A model generated the notes under the pieces. The model was given only the letters and a program-made list of their open reading frames with translations. It had not been told where the DNA came from and did no database searches. Made by a program: the position numbers and the translations under genes. From Candidatus Poribacteria bacterium (lineage in GTDB: Bacteria; Poribacteria; WGA-4E; WGA-3G): a stretch of 64,000 bases of DNA. The first letter of the stretch is position 1, and every line of letters starts with the position of its first letter. Shown one piece after another: positions 58,784-64,000 of this stretch. The stretch lies in contig OZ240248.1 in assembly GCA_965198235.1 (NCBI GenBank), positions 4,544,001 to 4,608,000 of the forward strand. Direction: 5' to 3'.

Positions 58784-59998
58784 TTAAGCAGAAGCATTTG
58801 TGGAATTCAGAATCGGATGGTTAGATTCAACGGAGCCGCCTACGATCTTGTTAAACAAAACAATAGGTCTTACAACTCCTAACCCAAAGGAAGCTATCCC
58901 TTCCTTAAGAATGTTCATAGCAGCGTTCTCGTCGCGGTCCAGGTGTGTATGACAACTTGGACACGTCCAGTGACGATCTGATAGCGTGAGATTTTCATTT
59001 TTATCTCCACACACACAACAGCACTTTGTGGTGGGAGACCACCGATTGATTTTCAGCACAGAGCGGATACGCTTGTGACTCTGGTGTTTGAGTTTCTGAT
59101 AGAACTCACCAAAACCAAGGTCAGATACCTGTTTGCCAAAGAGTGCTTTCATGCCGCGAAGGTTCAAATCTTCAAAGAACAGGATGTCAAACTGACGACA
59201 AAGTTCTATCGCAAGTTTCCAATGGTGGTCTGCTCTCTGATTCGCAGTCTTCTTATGGATACGTGCAACGTTCTTGCGTTCGCGTTCGAGATTCTGAGAA
59301 CCTTTGACCTTGCGAGAATACGCCTTTTGTGCTGTCGCCAACTTTTCAGCATTCTGTTTGTAGAACATCGGAGAGATATATCTATGACCATCACTGCCGA
59401 TCAAGAAGTCTTTAATACCAAAATCAAACCCTTCAGCTTGACCCGTCTTGGGTTCAATTTTAATTTCGGTATAGTCTTCTGTCAGGGTGATATACATATC
59501 TCCGAGTGCGTCCCTCGTTACATGAACTTCAATGATGATGCCTTTGATTTCACGGTGCAGAGCAAACCGATACCAACGACCGTTGAGTCGGATTTTATAC
59601 GTCGGGTGGTTCCTCTCGTGTTTTTGCGCGTCCAGCACTTTTTCTATTTTGACCTGTTCACCGCGAAACGTCATCCCTTTGTGTTTCTGACAGGACTTGA
59701 ATTTCGGGTGACCTCTACCGAGCGTTTTTATTTCTTTGAAACTCTGGGTTTCCAGACGCTTGAGAACATTTTGCAACGCCCATGAGTAGGGAATATTCCA
59801 ATGCTGGTATTTTTCAAGACGCTTCAGTTTCGTCAAATGCTTCGACATTTTGGAATACGACACGCCTTTCCCATAGCGGCGGTAATATCGCATAGACAGC
59901 GCAAGGAAGTGATTCTTGACAACGCCAGAGATATTGCACTCGTCGTGCAGGTGACACAATGTCTTATCCTTGAAAAGTTTGTGTTTTGTGTTTCGCAT
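58784..59998 (-). CDS. tnpB: TnpB RNA-guided endonuclease (catalytic motifs intact)
   Basis: GFDFGIK (RuvC-I), FEDL (RuvC-II), CCVCG/CPSC Zn finger, DRDENAA (RuvC-III). Confidence 0.93.
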   Translation of the reverse strand: MRNTKHKLFKDKTLCHLHDECNISGVVKNHFLALSMRYYRRYGKGVSYSKMSKHLTKLKRLEKYQHWNIPYSWALQNVLKRLETQSFKEIKTLGRGHPKFKSCQKHKGMTFRGEQVKIEKVLDAQKHERNHPTYKIRLNGRWYRFALHREIKGIIIEVHVTRDALGDMYITLTEDYTEIKIEPKTGQAEGFDFGIKDFLIGSDGHRYISPMFYKQNAEKLATAQKAYSRKVKGSQNLERERKNVARIHKKTANQRADHHWKLAIELCRQFDILFFEDLNLRGMKALFGKQVSDLGFGEFYQKLKHQSHKRIRSVLKINRWSPTTKCCCVCGDKNENLTLSDRHWTCPSCHTHLDRDENAAMNILKEGIASFGLGVVRPIVLFNKIVGGSVESNHPILNSTNASA

Positions 59999-60010
59999 GG
60001 TATCTCACAG

Positions 60011-60090
60011 ATCACAGAGTTTTACCCCGTTCAAGTGGGTAGGCAGACACGTAACCTTGCGATTACGCTTGAACTGTCTGCCACTGTGAT
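60011..60090 (-). ncRNA. Structured, pseudoknotted 5'UTR RNA of tnpB (unassigned family)
   Basis: Four stems plus a 7-bp GUUCAAG/CUUGAAC pseudoknot, between a promoter and the tnpB start. Confidence 0.7.
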
Positions 60091-60097
60091 ACTCTTA

Positions 60098-60126
60098 ATT
60101 ATACCACATTTTTGGCTAAAAGTCAA
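60098..60126 (-). promoter_or_regulatory. Sigma70 promoter of tnpB
   Basis: Minus strand TTGACT-17 nt-TATAAT with TGn. Confidence 0.8.
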
Positions 60127-60199
60127 GTCTTTTTTCAACAGAGACCCACGGTCTCATTCACAAGGGACAGACTGTATCCCAAACCTAAAGGATTGGGTT

Positions 60200-60860
60200 T
60201 TAGTCTCGGAAGGTTAGATAAAAGAGGGGAGATTCGTGTTGTGTGCCATCAGAACAGGTGAACATCGTTTTGATACCGAAATCATATCCTGCAGCTTTAC
60301 CCGTCTTGGGTATAATTTCGGTTGCGACGTGGTCTGTTGTGACAGACATATAGAAATCTCCAAGCGCATCTGCTTTGACAGTCACTCTCTTGATATTACC
60401 AAGTATCGGGCGAGACAAGTTGAAGCGATACTGTTTGTCCATGATCCGAACCTTATCGCCATAGATACCAAAACCTGATTCGCCTTCTTCAGGATCGGCA
60501 AACGTGAAACCTGACTGGCACATCGTGAACGAATACGGCTTCCGCCATGACCGAAACTTCGGCGGACGTTTGGCAAGTTTGTTAAAGAAACGCTGGTAGC
60601 CTTGGTCCAATCGTTTGAGGATTTCACGCGCAGACCACGTGTTCAGTTCTCGCCAGTGGGCAAACATTTCAGGATGCGAGTTCTTTAGCACGGTAAACTC
60701 ACGCGACATTTCACAAAAGGACATATACGGCAGTCCGAGAGAGTACCGGGTGCGTTGCCAACCGAGAAAATAGTTCCATATTGTGTGTGCTATCCACGTC
60801 TTACGTCTCAAATTACGCAGACGGGGCGTTATTTTCTATAACGCAGGTTTTTATGTTCGC
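60200..60860 (-). pseudogene. tnpB: Second tnpB, degenerate 5' end and truncated just after RuvC-I
   Basis: WNYFL, RLDQGYQRFF....PPKF, GYDFGIK...SDG then stop at the left end of the downstream element; own left-end hairpin cccactcctttaggtttggg at about 60943-60962. Confidence 0.85.
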
Positions 60861-60966
60861 CTACTCTTAAGAAGAGTATCATATCAGATTTTCCAAATCG
60901 TGTCAAGGATTTTTTGACCTTGCACGAAACACGTGGGTTGGACCCAAACCTAAAGGAGTGGGATTG

Positions 60967-61758
60967 TTAGTGAGTCTTCAGATTTCTGAGACTGATGCCT
61001 AAACTTTCAAACGGATCGCGTTCGTAGCAGGTGTCCTGTTCGATAATATACCACTCAACCTCTGCGTAGATACAAGCGTTCAGAATCGCTGTCCAATTAA
61101 GGTTGCCTTCACCGATTTCTGCGAAGCGTTGTGTAGAGCCTTGCATCGCCATATCCTTGAGATGGATGATGTCGGCGCGTCCTTTTAACTGGCGAATCCA
61201 CGCGGCTGGGTCGCCACCACCGTGCTGAATCCAGTAGGTATCCAGTTCACTCTTGAAGTAATTCGGATCGCTTTCCGCATACAAGATCTCTAACCCAGTA
61301 CGTCCGTTATAGCGTTCCAATTCGAAACTATGGTTATGATAGGAGAAAGTCAAGCCTCCTTCAGCAAGGCGCGCCGCGACTTCCGATGCCTCCCTCGCAA
61401 ATCTGGCATACCCTTCAGCAGTCCGGTATTCACTGGGAAGTCCACCGATTGCGGCATGCTTGCATCCCCACAATTGATGTTCGTCAATAACAGATTGTGG
61501 TTCGTCACGCATCCGTTCGTAACTTGTATGTGTCGCAATGATGCTGATGCCTTCACCGTCAGCAATGTTTTTCAATGCGGCGGGTTCAATTGGACCCAGT
61601 GCGGAACATTGCACCGCCTCATATCCGAGTTGCCGAACCTTTTTCATCGTTTCGGCGATATCAGTTTCGGTTTTGGTAAATTCCCGAACAGTATAAAGCT
61701 GCGCGGCGATTTGCTGCGCTGACAGTGATGAATGTCCTTGGGCGTTTTGTGTTGCCAT
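60967..61758 (-). CDS. Sugar phosphate isomerase/epimerase (xylose isomerase-like TIM barrel)
   Basis: AQLYTVR, YHNH.FE, ELDTYW, HLKD, GEGNL.W, IEQD; GGAG SD. Confidence 0.9.
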   Translation of the reverse strand: MATQNAQGHSSLSAQQIAAQLYTVREFTKTETDIAETMKKVRQLGYEAVQCSALGPIEPAALKNIADGEGISIIATHTSYERMRDEPQSVIDEHQLWGCKHAAIGGLPSEYRTAEGYARFAREASEVAARLAEGGLTFSYHNHSFELERYNGRTGLEILYAESDPNYFKSELDTYWIQHGGGDPAAWIRQLKGRADIIHLKDMAMQGSTQRFAEIGEGNLNWTAILNACIYAEVEWYIIEQDTCYERDPFESLGISLRNLKTH

Positions 61759-61923
61759 AGTCACTCCTTTTATCTGGCATGTACGATTTGTTGGGTGATA
61801 GTATATCAAAAAAGAGCATAGCGGTCAACTTAATGTAAGGAGCAATTAGAAGGATTTCATAGCAACGCACGATGTTAGAAAATTGATTTGCACATAAAAA
61901 ACGGTTTTGGTAAACTTTTAAAT

Positions 61924-62274
61924 ATGATGAATTCTTTTTTCTTCGGCGGTAACAGACCAGGTTCCTTTCGACTTTTCCGCCTACTCCTTCATTTCCCAAA
62001 TTTCGTCAAACTGGCGTGGCGGTTGTTTGTCGATGAACGCGTCCCTATCTATCGGAAGGCGATTCTCATCCTTACCGAATTACTGGCAGTTGTCTTCGCT
62101 GTTGCCTACTTGGTAAATCCGCTTGATTTCGATTTTATCCCTATCTTTGGTAAGATCGACGATCTTCTCGTTGGGGCGTTCGTGATTCTGGTGCCCGGTG
62201 CTTGGCTATTTATTCGACTGTCTCCGGAACATATCGTTCGTGAACATGTAGAACGGATTTCACGTGGGGAATGA
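61924..62274 (+). CDS. YkvA/DUF1232 family membrane protein
   Basis: WRLFVDERVP..RK, AYLVNPLD..FIPIFGKIDD. Confidence 0.88.
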   Translation: MMNSFFFGGNRPGSFRLFRLLLHFPNFVKLAWRLFVDERVPIYRKAILILTELLAVVFAVAYLVNPLDFDFIPIFGKIDDLLVGAFVILVPGAWLFIRLSPEHIVREHVERISRGE

Positions 62275-62457
62275 ATAGAACTTGCTTGACACAACGCATT
62301 TTTTCAGACACATCACATTTTTCCCAACTTTTTTGCAACTTTATTATCCAATAGGTGTGTCTTTAGGATGTAAACAGAAAAAATCAAGAAAAATAGACGG
62401 TTCCGATCACTTCCGGGATCGGACCTAACATTAAATTACACTGGGAGGTTTTATATC

Positions 62458-64000
62458 ATGTCCAGACTCAGCACCACACTGCGTACCACTGTACGGGTAA
62501 TTTTGGTCTTAGCAGTACTCATTGTCGCGGCGGGGGTTATCATTGACCGGGATGCAAATGAGTTCACGCTACAAACTGCCGTCGGGCAGACGAACGATAC
62601 ACTTCAAACATCAGAAGATTTCCTGCACTTGGAACGTGCAAATCGAGCATTTATTGATTTGGTGGCGCGGACGCGTCCTGCTGTTGTCCAAATTACAACA
62701 AAAACAGAACGAAATAGAAGCACAACCTCGCAAAGACAGCAGATGTCCCCTGAGCAAGAAGAGCAATTTAGAGACTTTTTTGGAGATGAGCTCTTCAGAC
62801 GTTTCTTTCGAGAGCAAGTGCCGCGCCAGCAGCAAGTGCCGCGCCAACTACTCCCGGATCCGGAGCCTGCTACAGGTATTGGGTCGGGTGTGATTGTTAG
62901 TGATGACGGCTATGTTTTGACGAATAACCATGTCATTGAAGGTACTGATGAAATTACAGTCACCTTGGCAAGTGGTCATGCGTATGAAGCGGAATTGATC
63001 GGTAGCGATCCAGCACTTCGTAATGGTGGTGGTAGTGATTTGGCGGTTGTTAAAATTGAAGCAAAAGACCTTCCTGTGCTCCCGTTTGGGGATTCGGATG
63101 CACTTGAGGTCGGCGAGTGGGTTATTGCAATCGGAACACCGCTTAACTTATCGCAAACCGTGACGCGCGGTATTGTTAGTGCGAAGGGTAGAGATAAGGT
63201 TGGCAATATCCCGTTCAGTAGTTTCATTCAAACAGATTCCCCGATTAATCGCGGTAACAGCGGGGGTGCTCTGATTAACATCCGTGGGGAATTAGTCGGA
63301 ATTAACACCTTAATTGCCACCGGTGGTTTTTCCATGGGAAATATCGGTCTCGGTTTTGCGATTCCGAGTAACACCGCACGACACAACATGGTACAGCTTA
63401 TTGAGCATGGTGAGGTGGAACGCGGCTGGCTCGGAATCAAAATGCACGTTGTTGATCGAGATTTAGCAGAAAAACTGAACCTTGAAATTCCGCGTGGGGT
63501 GCTCGTCGAGACGGTCGGAATGAATAGTCCTGCTCAAAAAGCAGGAATCCAAAGAGGGGATGTTATCGTCTCTTTTGATGGTCAAGAAATCCGAGATTGG
63601 AATCATCTCAGGCATGTTGTCGGTGCAACAGGGGTAGGCAAATCTGTTGATGTCGTCGTGTTACGGAAGGGCGGCGAAGAAAAGCAGCTAACTGTTAGGT
63701 TGGGTAAACGCACCGAAGAAGCCAGGGCAACACTCGATGAGTATGAGAAAAAAGGTTCTCAATCTGCGGAGACAGAGGCCTTTGCCGGCATTCGAGTCCA
63801 AAATCTGACCCCTGCGATTGCTGAGCGTTACGGTTACTCGTCAGATGAAAAAGGCGTAATTGTAACACAGGTTGAACGCCGGAGCAATGCAGAGAAAAAA
63901 GGTATCGTCCCCGGATCTCTCATTCAAGAAATGGAGTGGACATCAATTGACGACCTTGAGACATATTCCCGTCTTGCTGAGCGACTCACAAACGAAAAGA
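62458..64000 (+). CDS. DegP/HtrA (Do-family) serine protease with PDZ domains (3' end runs off window)
   Basis: GGAGG SD; N-terminal TM; GSGVIV...LTNNHV, IQTD.PINRGNSGG, RGWLGI PDZ. Confidence 0.93.
   Translation, partial: MSRLSTTLRTTVRVILVLAVLIVAAGVIIDRDANEFTLQTAVGQTNDTLQTSEDFLHLERANRAFIDLVARTRPAVVQITTKTERNRSTTSQRQQMSPEQEEQFRDFFGDELFRRFFREQVPRQQQVPRQLLPDPEPATGIGSGVIVSDDGYVLTNNHVIEGTDEITVTLASGHAYEAELIGSDPALRNGGGSDLAVVKIEAKDLPVLPFGDSDALEVGEWVIAIGTPLNLSQTVTRGIVSAKGRDKVGNIPFSSFIQTDSPINRGNSGGALINIRGELVGINTLIATGGFSMGNIGLGFAIPSNTARHNMVQLIEHGEVERGWLGIKMHVVDRDLAEKLNLEIPRGVLVETVGMNSPAQKAGIQRGDVIVSFDGQEIRDWNHLRHVVGATGVGKSVDVVVLRKGGEEKQLTVRLGKRTEEARATLDEYEKKGSQSAETEAFAGIRVQNLTPAIAERYGYSSDEKGVIVTQVERRSNAEKKGIVPGSLIQEMEWTSIDDLETYSRLAERLTNEK

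Larger units (their letters stand above)
58744..60203 (-). mobile_element. IS200/IS605-family (IS1341-like, tnpB-only) element
   Basis: Left-end hairpin cccaatcctttaggtttggg (about 60178-60197); right-end hairpin cccaagtctttagacttggg followed by TCAC (about 58744-58771); encloses tnpB; no tnpA. Confidence 0.85.

Noticed and set aside
59075-59785. 236-aa plus-strand ORF and the many other short antisense ORFs in the track
   Set aside because: Shadow frames opposite well-supported genes, with no recognisable motifs.
58784-59998. Cas12f / type V effector
   Set aside because: No CRISPR array; flanked by IS200/IS605 end hairpins, so TnpB.

Overview
Bacterial chromosomal window of mostly housekeeping genes: plsC-like, cmk, tyrA, fpr, pyrF, argH, glcB, thiC, hisI-trpE-trpG, panB, sucC/pgk/proS/sucD, folK, the yceD-rpmF-fab cluster, hom, tRNA-Pro(GGG) and a DegP-like protease. 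These are interleaved with TPR/WD40/LamG/dockerin proteins, toxin-antitoxin modules and remnants, an IS701 remnant, two IS200/IS605 tnpB elements and many short palindromic repeats. The gene repertoire (secreted proteins ending KLxTTWGxLK, DUF6785-like membrane protein, sulfatase/PhyH/TPR/WD40 proteins) suggests Candidatus Poribacteria; this is an inference, not a database result. Main unannotated signals read from the sequence: (1) a complete ribosome-dependent attenuator whose 33-aa leader peptide contains H-W-H-W-W, ahead of a hybrid hisI-trpE-trpG operon (candidate dual His/Trp sensor); (2) a cobalamin riboswitch heading three uncharacterised envelope genes (candidate non-Btu cobamide capture/uptake system); (3) a compact pseudoknotted RNA forming the 5'UTR of an intact tnpB whose right end abuts the tRNA-Pro promoter; (4) REP-like palindromes inserted in frame inside coding sequences; (5) a structured thiC leader with no TPP-riboswitch consensus.
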